DNA of 64,000 nucleotides. It comes from Flavobacteriales bacterium. Lineage in GTDB: Bacteria; Bacteroidota; Bacteroidia; Flavobacteriales_F; PHOS-HE28. Numbering within the stretch: position 1 is the first letter of the stretch; each line of letters starts with the position of its first letter. This document shows positions 50,363 to 60,020 of this stretch, piece by piece. Under the pieces are notes generated by a model. It was given only the letters and a program-made list of their open reading frames with translations. It did not search any database and had not been told where the DNA came from. A program made the translations under genes and the position numbers. Location of the stretch: contig JADJTW010000011.1 in the NCBI GenBank assembly GCA_016710965.1, positions 27,040-91,039 of the forward strand, written 5' to 3'.

Positions 50363-53300
50363 GTGGTTAAACGCATTCGAGCAATGGACCACAGCAACAT
50401 CGAGAACGAAGCCTACGGCGAAGGCCACGGCCGCCAGTTCGCCATCACCAGCTGGGCGGTGAAGAACCGCACCACCGTCATGGTGATCACCGCGCTCATC
50501 TTCATCTACGGCATCTACTCCTACGATGCCATGCCGAAGGAGAGCTTCCCCGAGGTGGTCACGCCCGAGATCTACGTGGCAACGGCCTACAACAGCAGCT
50601 CGGTGGTCGATATCGAGAAGCTCATCACCAAGCCGCTCGAGAAGGAGATCAACACCATCACCGGTGTCGATGAGATCAACTCCACCTCGGTGCCCAACTT
50701 CAGCACCATCCAGGTCAAGTTCACCTACGACATCAGCCCAACGGAAGCGCTGCGCAAGGTGAAGGACGCCGTGGACAAGGCACAGGGCGATGTCGATTTC
50801 CCCAAGGACCTGCCCGCCGAGCCCAACATCTTCGAGATGAACTTCTCCGAGATGATGCCGGTGATGAACATCAACCTCAGCGGCGATTACAGCATCGACC
50901 AGCTGCACCACTATGGCAAGATCCTCGAGGACCGCATCGAGGCGTTGCCCGAGATCAACAAGGTCGATATCCGCGGCGTGCCCGAGAAGGAGGTGAAGGT
51001 GAACGTGGACCTCCACCAGCTCGAAGCCCTGCAATTGAACTTCGGCGATGTGGCCATGGCGCTGCAGACCGAGAACCTCACCATGAGCGGCGGCGAAGTG
51101 CTCACCGACGGCCAGCGCCGTGCGGTGCGCGTGATCGGCGAGTTCACCGACATGGAGACCATCCGCGACATCGTCATCAAGAACGAGAAGCTGCAGGAAG
51201 TGCGCCTGCGCGATGTGGCCACCGTGGAGTTCGACTTCAAGGAAGCCGACAGCTACGCCCGCGAGTCCGGCAACCCCGTCGTCATGGTCGATGTGATCAA
51301 GCGCGCCGGTGAGAACCTGATCATCGCCAGCGACAAGATCAACACCATCCTCACCGAAGCCCGCGGCACGGTGATCCCCGAGGACGTCACCATCACCATC
51401 ACCAACGACCAGAGCGACGACACCCGCGTGCAGGTGGATGAGCTCTTCAACCACATCATCTTCGGCGTCATCCTCGTCGTAGGAACGCTCCTCTTCTTCC
51501 TCGGCCTGCGCAATGCGCTCTTCGTGGGTCTCGCCATCCCCATGAGCATGTTCATCTCATTCATCATCCTCAATGCGTTCGGGGTCACGCTCAACATCAT
51601 GGTGCTCTTCTCCTTGATCCTTGCCCTCGGCCGCTTGGTCGATGACGGCATCGTCATCGTGGAGAACATCTACCGCCACATGAGCAACGGCGAAAAGCCG
51701 ATGGACGCGACCCGCAAAGCAGTAGGAGAGGTCACCATGCCCATCGTGGCCGCCACCACCGCCACCGTCATGGTCTTCGTGCCGCTGCTCTTCTGGCCCG
51801 GCCTCATGGGCCAGTTCATGAAGTGGATGCCCATCACCTTCATGGTATCCCTCAGCGCATCCCTCTTCGTCGCCCTCGTCGTGAACCCCGCCCTCAGCAC
51901 GCAGTTCATGAAGATCGAGCGCGACAACCCCGACAAGAAGAAGGTCTTCCGGCTCGTGGGCATCCTGGCCGTGGTGGGCACGCTCATCGCCGTCTTGGGC
52001 GCCAGTGCGCACAGCGGCTTTGTCACTGGCCTCGGCACCTTCACCGTCTTCTGCGGCATCCTCGGTCTCCTCAACCTCTGGGTGGGAGCGCCCGGCACCC
52101 GCTGGTTCCAGGACACCTTCCTGCCGCGTCTCGAAGCGCAATACGAGCGCTTCCTCCGCTATGCCCTTGATCGCCACCACCCCCGCACCTTCTTCTTCGG
52201 CACCATCGGCCTGCTCCTCTTCGCCTTCGTGCTCCTGGGCATCTTCCCGCCCAAAGTGGAATTCTTCCCCATCAACGAACCCAAGTACGTCAACGTCTTC
52301 ATCGAAGCACCCATCGGCACCGACATCGAGAAGACCAACGAGATCACCCGTCTGCTGGAGAAGCAGGTGGACGACATCGTGAACGTCGATCCATACATGG
52401 AGGAAGTGGAGGTGAAGAAGCCGGACGGTACCGTGGTGAAGGAGCGCCGCAACTGGCTCATCAACTCCGTCATCAGCCAGGTGGGCAACGGCACCAGCGA
52501 TCCCGCGCAAGGCGTCAGCCTGGCCAACACGCCCAACAAGGGCCGCATCCAGCTCAGCTTCGTCAAGTACGCGCAGCGCCGCGGCATGAAGACCAACGAC
52601 GTCCTCCTCAAGCTCCAGAAAGAACTCGCCGGCTATCCCGGCATCATCGTCACCGTCGATAAGGACGCCGCAGGCCCGCCCACCGGCAAGCCCATCAACA
52701 TCGAGATCAGCGGCGACGAGATCGAACCCCTCCTCGCCGAGGCCGATCGCCTCAAGGCCTTCATGGAAAGCAAGAACGTGCCGGGGGTCGAAGCACTGCG
52801 CATCGACATCGACCGCGCCAAGCCCGAGATGCCCATCATCATCGATCGCGCCAAGGCCCGCCGCCTCAACGTGAGCACTTACGCCGTGGCCGATGCCATC
52901 CGCACAGCCCTCTTCGGCAAGGAGGTCAGCACCTATCGCATCGAGGGCGATGACGATGACTACAAGATCCAGGTGCGCCTCAAGGACGAGCAGCGCTATG
53001 ATATCGGCACCATCATGGACATGAAGATCACCTTCCGCGACATGCTCACCGGCCAGATCCGCCAGGTGCCCATCAGCGCCGTGGCCAGGGACGAGCGCAG
53101 CAGCACCTTCAGCGCCATCAAGCGCCAGGACCTCAAGCGCGTCGTCACCGTCAGCAGCAACGTCATCAGCGGCTACAACAGCAACGAGGTCATCGCCGAA
53201 ATGAAGGACGCCCTCACCGGCTACGACAAGGACGAGCGCTTCGGCATGGCCTTCACCGGCCAGCAGGAGGAGCAGATGAAGGAGATGAGCTTCCTCGGCA

Positions 53301-53968
53301 GCGCCTTCCTCATCGCACTCTTCATCGTCTTCCTCATCATCGTCTGGCAGTTCAACAGCATCAGCTATCCGCTGGTCATCCTCAGCACCGTCCTCTTCAG
53401 CACCATCGGCGTCTTCCTCGGCCTCGTGGTCTTCCGCATGGACTTCATCATCCTCATGACCATGCTCGGCATCATCTCGCTCATCGGCGTCGTCGTCAAC
53501 AACGCCATCGTGCTCATGGACTTCGCACGCCTCCTCTTCGATCGCCAGCGCGAGAAACTGGGCTTGCCGGAGGAAGCCGTCCTGCCCGTCGCCAACTCCC
53601 GCGACGCCCTCATCATCGCCGGCAAGACCCGCCTCCGCCCGGTCCTCCTCACCGCCGTCACCGCCGTCCTCGGCCTCCTCCCCCTCGCCGTAGGCTTCAA
53701 CCTCAACTTCGGCACCCTCTTCACCGAGCTCAACCCCCACATCCACATCGGCGGCGACAACGTCATCTTCTGGGGGCCCCTCTCATGGGCCGTCATCTAC
53801 GGCCTCACCTTCGCCACATTCCTCACCCTCATCATGGTCCCCGTCATGCTCCTCATCATCGCCAAGATCAAGCACCGCCGGGCGTGGAAGAAACAGATGC
53901 GCATGGCGCCGGTTATTTCAGCCGAGCCCATCCGCAACACCGGCGGAGCCGATCCGGCGTTGGCGTAG
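50363..53968 (+). CDS. RND efflux pump permease (AcrB/CzcA family)
   Basis: 1201 aa, 12 TM helices, AcrB-like N-terminus FAITSWAVKNRTTVMVI. Confidence 0.9.
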   Translation: MVKRIRAMDHSNIENEAYGEGHGRQFAITSWAVKNRTTVMVITALIFIYGIYSYDAMPKESFPEVVTPEIYVATAYNSSSVVDIEKLITKPLEKEINTITGVDEINSTSVPNFSTIQVKFTYDISPTEALRKVKDAVDKAQGDVDFPKDLPAEPNIFEMNFSEMMPVMNINLSGDYSIDQLHHYGKILEDRIEALPEINKVDIRGVPEKEVKVNVDLHQLEALQLNFGDVAMALQTENLTMSGGEVLTDGQRRAVRVIGEFTDMETIRDIVIKNEKLQEVRLRDVATVEFDFKEADSYARESGNPVVMVDVIKRAGENLIIASDKINTILTEARGTVIPEDVTITITNDQSDDTRVQVDELFNHIIFGVILVVGTLLFFLGLRNALFVGLAIPMSMFISFIILNAFGVTLNIMVLFSLILALGRLVDDGIVIVENIYRHMSNGEKPMDATRKAVGEVTMPIVAATTATVMVFVPLLFWPGLMGQFMKWMPITFMVSLSASLFVALVVNPALSTQFMKIERDNPDKKKVFRLVGILAVVGTLIAVLGASAHSGFVTGLGTFTVFCGILGLLNLWVGAPGTRWFQDTFLPRLEAQYERFLRYALDRHHPRTFFFGTIGLLLFAFVLLGIFPPKVEFFPINEPKYVNVFIEAPIGTDIEKTNEITRLLEKQVDDIVNVDPYMEEVEVKKPDGTVVKERRNWLINSVISQVGNGTSDPAQGVSLANTPNKGRIQLSFVKYAQRRGMKTNDVLLKLQKELAGYPGIIVTVDKDAAGPPTGKPINIEISGDEIEPLLAEADRLKAFMESKNVPGVEALRIDIDRAKPEMPIIIDRAKARRLNVSTYAVADAIRTALFGKEVSTYRIEGDDDDYKIQVRLKDEQRYDIGTIMDMKITFRDMLTGQIRQVPISAVARDERSSTFSAIKRQDLKRVVTVSSNVISGYNSNEVIAEMKDALTGYDKDERFGMAFTGQQEEQMKEMSFLGSAFLIALFIVFLIIVWQFNSISYPLVILSTVLFSTIGVFLGLVVFRMDFIILMTMLGIISLIGVVVNNAIVLMDFARLLFDRQREKLGLPEEAVLPVANSRDALIIAGKTRLRPVLLTAVTAVLGLLPLAVGFNLNFGTLFTELNPHIHIGGDNVIFWGPLSWAVIYGLTFATFLTLIMVPVMLLIIAKIKHRRAWKKQMRMAPVISAEPIRNTGGADPALA

Positions 53969-53983
53969 CACCGCCTGGGTAAG

Positions 53984-54020
53984 AGAAAGCGGCCGTCGGG
54001 ACTCCCGGTGGCCGCTTTCT
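53984..54020 (+). terminator. Rho-independent terminator after the RND operon
   Basis: AGAAAGCGGCC-N16-GGCCGCTTTCT, a perfect 11-bp stem. Confidence 0.55.
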
Positions 54021-54106
54021 CAGTCGCTTCTTGCTGGAGGGTCGATCATGCTTGCTTGCTGTGTGGTTTGCTTGCTCATCTCCATCTCCCCCCCGCTCAA
54101 AGCTCA

Positions 54107-54141
54107 CAACCACTAGCTCGCAGCTTGTAGCTCGCAGCTAG
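54107..54141. promoter_or_regulatory. Tandem repeat inside a palindrome: CACTAGCTCGCAGCT-tgt-AGCTCGCAGCTAGTG
   Basis: Direct repeat of AGCTCGCAGCT flanked by inverted CACTAGCT/AGCTAGTG, 35 bp upstream of the receptor gene. Confidence 0.3.
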
Positions 54142-54175
54142 TGGCCCCTGCCTCCTTCCCCGGTAAGTTCGCCTC

Positions 54176-56476
54176 ATGCTTCGTCGCACCCTCGCGCTCG
54201 CCTTCATCCTTCAGGCTTGGGCGTGTACCGTGCATGCGCAAACCGCAACCCTCAGCGGCACCGTCCGCGATGCCGCATCCCTCGCTCCTTTGCACCAGGC
54301 CACCGTACAGGTCTTCCTCACCGACACCAGCTACGGCACCACCACCGATGCCCAGGGGCACTTCCGTTTCCTGGCACTGCCCATCGGCCTTCATCGCGTG
54401 CGTGCCAGCTACCTCGGCTACCAAAGCACCGAGATCCCCGAGGTATGGGTCCGCCTCGGAAAGGAGGAGCATCTCGAAATGCTGCTCACCGTGCAACCCG
54501 TCCAACTGGCCGCCGCAGAGGTCGTCACCACCGTCAGGCGCATCGCAGCCATCAGCTCGCACACCCTCACCGTCGAGCAAAGCCTGCGCTATCCCGCCAC
54601 CTTCTACGATCCCACACGCGTCGCGCTCACCCAGGCCGGCAGCGCTTCCATCAACGACCAGTCCAACCACTTCAGCGTCCGCGCCAACAGCCCCTCGTGC
54701 AACGCATGGCTGCTCGAAGGCGCCGAGATCGTCACGCCCAACCACCTCACCAACGGAGGAACATCCAGCGATCAGCCCACCCTCACCGGCGGCACCACCA
54801 TCCTCAGCGCACAAATGCTCGGCACATCACGCCTGCTCATGGGCGGCATGAACGCCGCCTACGGCAACGCGCTCGGCGGCATCCTCGATCTCAACCTCCG
54901 CCCCGGCATGAACCAACGAAGGGGCTATACCGCACAGGCCAGCCTGCTCGGCCTCGACTTCAGCACCGAAGGACCCTTCCGCACCGGCGGGCAGGCGAGC
55001 TACCTCATCAACTACCGCTACAGCACCGTCGGCCTGCTCGGCGCCATGGGCGTCGATCTCGGCGATGAGGCCATCACTTTCCAGGACCTCTCCTTCAATA
55101 TTGCAGTGCCATTGGGTGCTCGCGGCTACCTCGGCATCTTCGGCATGGGCGGCAACAGCAGCAACCGCTTCGCGGCGAAGGACAGCGCCGATCAAGAGTT
55201 CGACAAGGACAGCCGCAACATCGACTACGAAGCCAGCATGGGTGCTGCGGGCATCACCTTCCGCAAGCCCATCGGCGCACGCACCATCTGGCGCACCACC
55301 GTCATCTACAGCGCCAACCTGCAACAGCGTCACGAAGAAGGCCAGGCGTTCCACCAGGACTTCTCGTACTACATCGACGAGCGCGCCAGCCTCGATGAGC
55401 AGAAGCTCAGCGCCGTCAGCAACATCGCGGGCAGGATCGGCACGCGCACCGATTTCAATGTCGGGGCCAGTGCCATGCAGCGCATCGTCAGCAAGAACAT
55501 CATCCTGGTCGAAGAGGTCGATGCCGTGCTGCTCAGGCCCTACCTGCATACCGCCACATCGCTCTCATCCCACTGGCGGCTCGATCTCGGCGCCGCATGG
55601 TCGCACTACTCCCCCAACGGGTCCAATGAGATCGAACCCCGCGCAACACTGCGTTGGACCGCCAACCGCGGAACCTCCGTCGCCGTCAGCGCAGGCCAGC
55701 GCGCCCAATTGCCCTTGGTGCAATCCTTCACCGTCAGCGCCCTCGCCCCCTACGCCGATAACTCCGGCATCGGTCTCATGCGCATGCAGGAAGTAGTGCT
55801 CGCCGTGGATCATCCCATCAATGAGTTCCTCACCGTGCATGCCGAAGCGTACATGCAGCAACGCGACCAGGTGCCGGTCGCGCTCTCAAGCGGATCCACC
55901 ACCGCATCCGCAGGCAGCCTCAGCCTCGTGAACGCATGGGATCAGCAGTTCTTCGCCCTGCTTTACGCCATCGGCACCGCACGCACCACCGGCGCCGAGA
56001 TCAGCCTCTCGCGTTCCATGGCGCGCGGCTTCTACTATATGGTCAACACCACCGTGCTCAACTCCGACTACACCGATGCCGGCGCCCGCGCCCATCCGAG
56101 CCGCTGGAACACCACGTACATGGGCAACGCCTTGTTCGGCTGCGAGCGCGGCAAGCAGCTCCACGAAGGATCGCGCACCTGGGGCTTCAACTTGCGCATC
56201 GGGGCGCAGGGCGGCTTGCGCTACACGCCCTTCACCCTGGTCAATGGCGCCTTCCAGCCCTACGCCGCGCAGAATGCCGCCGCCTATCGTGTGGATGTGC
56301 GCATCTACCGCAAGCGCGAACGCAAGCAGCGCACAGGCATGTGGTCCCTCGACCTGCTCAACGCCACCAACGCGCAGAACGAAGCCTTCCGATACTACGA
56401 TGAACGCAAGGGCGAAGTCGTCGTGAAGTACCAGCTCGGCATCATCCCCAACATCGGTTACCGCATCGAATTCTGA
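54176..56476 (+). CDS. TonB-dependent receptor with N-terminal CarbopepD_reg-like domain
   Basis: Signal peptide; TLSGTVRDAASLAPLHQATVQVFL...; plug-like region; C-terminal ...YRIEF aromatic terminus. Confidence 0.75.
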   Translation: MLRRTLALAFILQAWACTVHAQTATLSGTVRDAASLAPLHQATVQVFLTDTSYGTTTDAQGHFRFLALPIGLHRVRASYLGYQSTEIPEVWVRLGKEEHLEMLLTVQPVQLAAAEVVTTVRRIAAISSHTLTVEQSLRYPATFYDPTRVALTQAGSASINDQSNHFSVRANSPSCNAWLLEGAEIVTPNHLTNGGTSSDQPTLTGGTTILSAQMLGTSRLLMGGMNAAYGNALGGILDLNLRPGMNQRRGYTAQASLLGLDFSTEGPFRTGGQASYLINYRYSTVGLLGAMGVDLGDEAITFQDLSFNIAVPLGARGYLGIFGMGGNSSNRFAAKDSADQEFDKDSRNIDYEASMGAAGITFRKPIGARTIWRTTVIYSANLQQRHEEGQAFHQDFSYYIDERASLDEQKLSAVSNIAGRIGTRTDFNVGASAMQRIVSKNIILVEEVDAVLLRPYLHTATSLSSHWRLDLGAAWSHYSPNGSNEIEPRATLRWTANRGTSVAVSAGQRAQLPLVQSFTVSALAPYADNSGIGLMRMQEVVLAVDHPINEFLTVHAEAYMQQRDQVPVALSSGSTTASAGSLSLVNAWDQQFFALLYAIGTARTTGAEISLSRSMARGFYYMVNTTVLNSDYTDAGARAHPSRWNTTYMGNALFGCERGKQLHEGSRTWGFNLRIGAQGGLRYTPFTLVNGAFQPYAAQNAAAYRVDVRIYRKRERKQRTGMWSLDLLNATNAQNEAFRYYDERKGEVVVKYQLGIIPNIGYRIEF

Positions 56477-56485
56477 ATCCTCCCC

Positions 56486-56860
56486 ATGAAGAAGATCATC
56501 CACCTCCTCCTTGCGCTCTCCTTCCTCGCCTTCGCCTACCTCAACCTCAACGATCCCGATGCGCCGATCTGGGTGCTCGGCTACGGCGCTGCCGCCCTGC
56601 TCTTCGCGCTCGCGGTCTTCGGCCGCGCCGATCGACGCATCAGCGGCTGGTATGCCGTGGCCATGGCCGTTTGGATGCTCACCCTATCGCGCGGCATGAT
56701 CGATTGGTTCAGGATGGGCATGCCTTCCATCACAGGCACCATGCAAGCCCACGAGCCGCACATCGAAGTGGTGCGCGAGTTCCTCGGTCTGCTCATTGCC
56801 GTGCTCGCTTTGGTGTGGCTCACCATCACCACCCCCCGCGAGTCGCGCATGGGCCGTTAG
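56486..56860 (+). CDS. Small 4-TM membrane protein, TMEM220-like
   Basis: 124 aa; LAFAYLNLNDPDAPIWVLGY start typical of the family. Confidence 0.45.
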   Translation: MKKIIHLLLALSFLAFAYLNLNDPDAPIWVLGYGAAALLFALAVFGRADRRISGWYAVAMAVWMLTLSRGMIDWFRMGMPSITGTMQAHEPHIEVVREFLGLLIAVLALVWLTITTPRESRMGR

Positions 56861-56880
56861 CCCGGTTCGCTGCGCATCGA

Positions 56881-56898
56881 CTACCTGGAAACAGGTAG
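56881..56898 (+). promoter_or_regulatory. Palindrome site 3: CTACCTG-GAAA-CAGGTAG
   Basis: Perfect 7-bp arms; 20 bp after the stop of the TMEM220-like gene. Confidence 0.4.
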
Positions 56899-57024
56899 AT
56901 GGACCGACGCGCGAACAACCGCCGCGCCGGTGACATACGGGCCCTGGCGCTTGCAAACCCGCTGCTGGCAAGGCAATCAGCGCATCCGGGGCGCTTGATC
57001 CACGCCTTTCGGATTTTCGTCGAA

Positions 57025-57042
57025 ATACCTGGAAACAGGTAT
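57025..57042 (+). promoter_or_regulatory. Palindrome site 4: ATACCTG-GAAA-CAGGTAT
   Basis: Perfect 7-bp arms; ends 12 bp before the ATG at 57055. Confidence 0.4.
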
Positions 57043-57054
57043 TGCGGAAGTGGT

Positions 57055-57741
57055 ATGGCCACGCGCTACTTCGTCGTGCAAAACATCTGGACCATGCCAA
57101 CACATCGCGTCATTGCCCAACGGGGTCTCCGCGTGAGACCCGCACCGAACACCAACAACACCCCGCTTGGTGCCCTGCCGCTCAACACCGAAGTGTACGT
57201 ACTGAGCGGTCCCACCAACGGCTGGTGCGAGGTGCGCGCCGCCTTGATCGATGGTGTACTGCAAGGCTGGGCCTCGGCCGAATACCTGGAGCCTATCGCC
57301 ACCGCCGCCCCCGAGCCCGAACCCGCATGGCTGACAACGGCGCGGGGAGAGATCGGCGTGCGGGAGTACCCCGGCGCAGATCACAATCCACGCATCCTGG
57401 AATACCATGATCACACGGGCCTGAATGCGAGCACCGATGAAGTGGCGTGGTGCTCTGCCTTCGCCAACTGGGTAATGGACCAGAACGGCATCGATGGCAC
57501 CAATAGCGCTGCTGCACGCAGCTGGGCCGGTTGGGGCCAGGCCATCGCCGAGCCGCGTCTTGGTTGCATCGTGGTCTTCAAGCGCTACGACCCCAACAAC
57601 CCCAACGCCGGGCACGTGGCGTTCTACAACACGCGTCGTGGCAATCGCATCGAAGTGCTCGGTGGCAACCAGGGCAATCAAGTGCGCCTCAATTCCTATC
57701 CCGCCGAAGACCTCATCGGCTACCGCTGGCCCAACATCTAG
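57055..57741 (+). CDS. SH3b plus NlpC/P60-CHAP-like (TIGR02594-type) putative cell-wall hydrolase
   Basis: N-terminal SH3b-like TEVYVLSGPTNGWCEVRAA; catalytic-type Cys (EVAWCSAFANW) and His (GHVAFY) spaced as in the TIGR02594 family. Confidence 0.5.
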   Translation: MATRYFVVQNIWTMPTHRVIAQRGLRVRPAPNTNNTPLGALPLNTEVYVLSGPTNGWCEVRAALIDGVLQGWASAEYLEPIATAAPEPEPAWLTTARGEIGVREYPGADHNPRILEYHDHTGLNASTDEVAWCSAFANWVMDQNGIDGTNSAAARSWAGWGQAIAEPRLGCIVVFKRYDPNNPNAGHVAFYNTRRGNRIEVLGGNQGNQVRLNSYPAEDLIGYRWPNI

Positions 57742-57745
57742 CACC

Positions 57746-58663
57746 ATGGCTGCACAAGCAAAGGATTACTTCACGCGCAAAGCGCTGCAAGGCTTCGGCA
57801 TGGCCTCATTGGCCGTAACGCTCATAGCCAACTTCATCAATGTCGTGTACGAGAAGGTGAGCGGCACCGGGCCCAGCGATGGAGTGATGGCCATCGTGGG
57901 CATCTCGCTCTCGGTAGCGGTTGTGGCCTTCTTCAGCGAGCGCGAAGAAGGGTTGAGCAAAGGCCAGCGCGCCTTCATCATGATGCTCAACGCCATCGTG
58001 CTCTTCAACGCCAATGCCGGCGTTAACGCGTTCCTCTATGACAAGCTCGGTCGCGAGGAGGGCGGCGCCAGCACGTCGGTCATCCTTCACCAAGGCCCTG
58101 CGCGCGCGAACTTCCTCGATGCGCTCAAGGGGATCATCGTTCCGCGCACGCCGTGGTTCAGCCAGGACCTGCCCGAGCTGAACGGATACCGCAACGAACT
58201 GGAGCGCACGAAGGAGGAAGTGGCCACGCTGGTGGTGCTCGACACCATCCATGCGCGCATCGATACGCTGGCGGAGGCCCAAGCGCGCAACCTGCGGACC
58301 ATCGCAGCGCGCGATAGCGAGCTGGTGGCCGTGCGCAAGGAGTACCAGCGCACCCTGGTCACCAGCCTTGAGCACGCCGCAACCTATGAGCAACGCCTTG
58401 CTGAATTGCAGCGCGCCGTGCGCGAGAACCCGGCCCTGGCCATGGAAGGGATCGCCGACCTGCGCAACGAGGTGGCCGCACGAAGCGATTCGGGCACCGC
58501 CGTGCAGCAGCAGATGCGCGTGCGGTTCGAAGAACAGAATGCGCTGCAGGTGCAACAGCAGCAACAGGCCATGGAGCAGGAGCAGCAGCAACAGCAATTG
58601 CAGCAACAGGTGCTGCTGCAACAGCAACAGTTGAACAAGGTCCGCCAACGCCTCTTCCGTTGA
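57746..58663 (+). CDS. Membrane protein with N-terminal TM helices and a C-terminal Q-rich coiled coil
   Basis: Three hydrophobic helices, then ...QVQQQQQAMEQEQQQQQLQQQVLLQQQQL. Confidence 0.45.
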   Translation: MAAQAKDYFTRKALQGFGMASLAVTLIANFINVVYEKVSGTGPSDGVMAIVGISLSVAVVAFFSEREEGLSKGQRAFIMMLNAIVLFNANAGVNAFLYDKLGREEGGASTSVILHQGPARANFLDALKGIIVPRTPWFSQDLPELNGYRNELERTKEEVATLVVLDTIHARIDTLAEAQARNLRTIAARDSELVAVRKEYQRTLVTSLEHAATYEQRLAELQRAVRENPALAMEGIADLRNEVAARSDSGTAVQQQMRVRFEEQNALQVQQQQQAMEQEQQQQQLQQQVLLQQQQLNKVRQRLFR

Positions 58664-58697
58664 TCGCGAGCACAGGCATGAACGAACACCCTGCCCC

Positions 58698-60014
58698 ATG
58701 AACCCTACGCAAGCCGCATTCGAGAATCCCTACCTGGACACCATCATTTCCCTTGTGCTGGTATACGCACTGCTCAGCATCCTGGTGAGCATCATCGTTG
58801 AGGGGTGGAACCGCCAGCTGAAAGCCCGTGGCGTCTTCCTGCAACGCATGGTCTTCAAGCTGCTGGATGATCCGGTGAACAAGAACTACGGCTATCGCAT
58901 CTACCAGCACCCAATCATCAGCAAGATGCGCAAGGACGGCAACGGGTACCCGCACTACATACCCGCCGAGGGTTTCGCCAATGCCCTGATCGATTCGCTG
59001 GCCGAGCAGGCGTATACCACCAGCTACAGGGCCTTCCTGGGCGACTCGGACGTGAACGACCGTTACAGCACCAATTCGCTCAGCGCTGCCGAGCGCGCGC
59101 AGCTGGTGTTCAAGAAGGTGGTGGCGCCGACCACGACCGGGAGCAGCGGCAAGGAGCTCGCCCCCGGCGATCGCCTTGTCGCCGGAGTGAGGGCCATGGC
59201 CGATAGCGAGCTCAAGAGCCTGCTGGCCAACTTCATCGAGCGCAACATGAAGTCCTTCAAAGCCGATGCGAACAGTCCCGAAGCGTTGCGGCTCGACATC
59301 GACAAGCTCAAGGGCGAGATCGGCCATTGGTTCGACGACTACATGGACCGCTGCAGCGGACAGTTCAAGGAGCAGCAGCGCCGGAAGCTGTGGATCGCGG
59401 GCTTCCTGGTGGCCATCACGCTCAACGTCGATTCGCTGCACTTGACCAAGGTGTTCCTGCTCGATAGCGACCTGCGCGAAAGCATGGTGGCCGAAGCAGA
59501 GCGCGTGGCCGATGGATACGAGGCCGAGAAGCAGCGCTTGGGCAGGGACACCCTCAGCACCGAAGAGCTGATGAGCGTTGCGCAGAACGCCATGGATTCG
59601 GCGCAGCGGAAAGCCGTCCTGGAGCAGCGCGAGAAGCAACTGGAGCAACTCACGCAGGTGGATAGCGTTTTCGACGCGCAGGCTGAACAGGTGCTGGCCC
59701 ATGTGCGCAGCTGGCAACTGCCCTTGGGCTGGAACCGCACCGAAGCGCCGTGGAGCTGGTTCCCCGCTTTAGGCGGCGAGCGGCTCAAGGAGATACCCAA
59801 GGAGTTCAAGCCATCGCAACGCGCGCTGCTTGATCATTTCCGCAAGCGCAACAAGGGGAGTTTCGGCAACTTCATCAAATGGATGGCAGGCATCCTCATC
59901 TCCAGCTGGTCGCTCAGCCTGGGCGCCCCCTTCTGGTTCGAGGCGCTCAGCAAGCTCATCAACATCCGTCGCAGCGGTCCCAAGCCCAAGACCTTGCAAG
60001 AACGAAACGCCTGA
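58698..60014 (+). CDS. Hypothetical membrane protein (TM helices at the N-terminus, centre and C-terminus, with coiled-coil stretches)
   Basis: 438 aa; no recognised domain. Confidence 0.45.
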   Translation: MNPTQAAFENPYLDTIISLVLVYALLSILVSIIVEGWNRQLKARGVFLQRMVFKLLDDPVNKNYGYRIYQHPIISKMRKDGNGYPHYIPAEGFANALIDSLAEQAYTTSYRAFLGDSDVNDRYSTNSLSAAERAQLVFKKVVAPTTTGSSGKELAPGDRLVAGVRAMADSELKSLLANFIERNMKSFKADANSPEALRLDIDKLKGEIGHWFDDYMDRCSGQFKEQQRRKLWIAGFLVAITLNVDSLHLTKVFLLDSDLRESMVAEAERVADGYEAEKQRLGRDTLSTEELMSVAQNAMDSAQRKAVLEQREKQLEQLTQVDSVFDAQAEQVLAHVRSWQLPLGWNRTEAPWSWFPALGGERLKEIPKEFKPSQRALLDHFRKRNKGSFGNFIKWMAGILISSWSLSLGAPFWFEALSKLINIRRSGPKPKTLQERNA

Positions 60015-60020
60015 GCCGCC

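Noticed and set aside
51557-53746. 729-aa minus-strand ORF inside the RND pump gene, and similar long antisense ORFs (17785..19152, 21753..22664, 10523..11875, 62660..63874)
   Set aside because: Low-complexity D/E/G/A-rich translations opposite well-supported genes; GC-driven artefacts.
53968-54176. Cobalamin riboswitch upstream of the TonB-dependent receptor
   Set aside because: No B12-box (GCCACTG) and no conserved GGTGC or AAGGG core elements.
56898-57025. Sigma-54 promoter (TGGCAC-N5-TTGCA) between palindrome sites 3 and 4
   Set aside because: The candidate GG...GC pairs (tggcgcttgcaaaccc, tggcaaggcaatcagc) have the wrong spacing.
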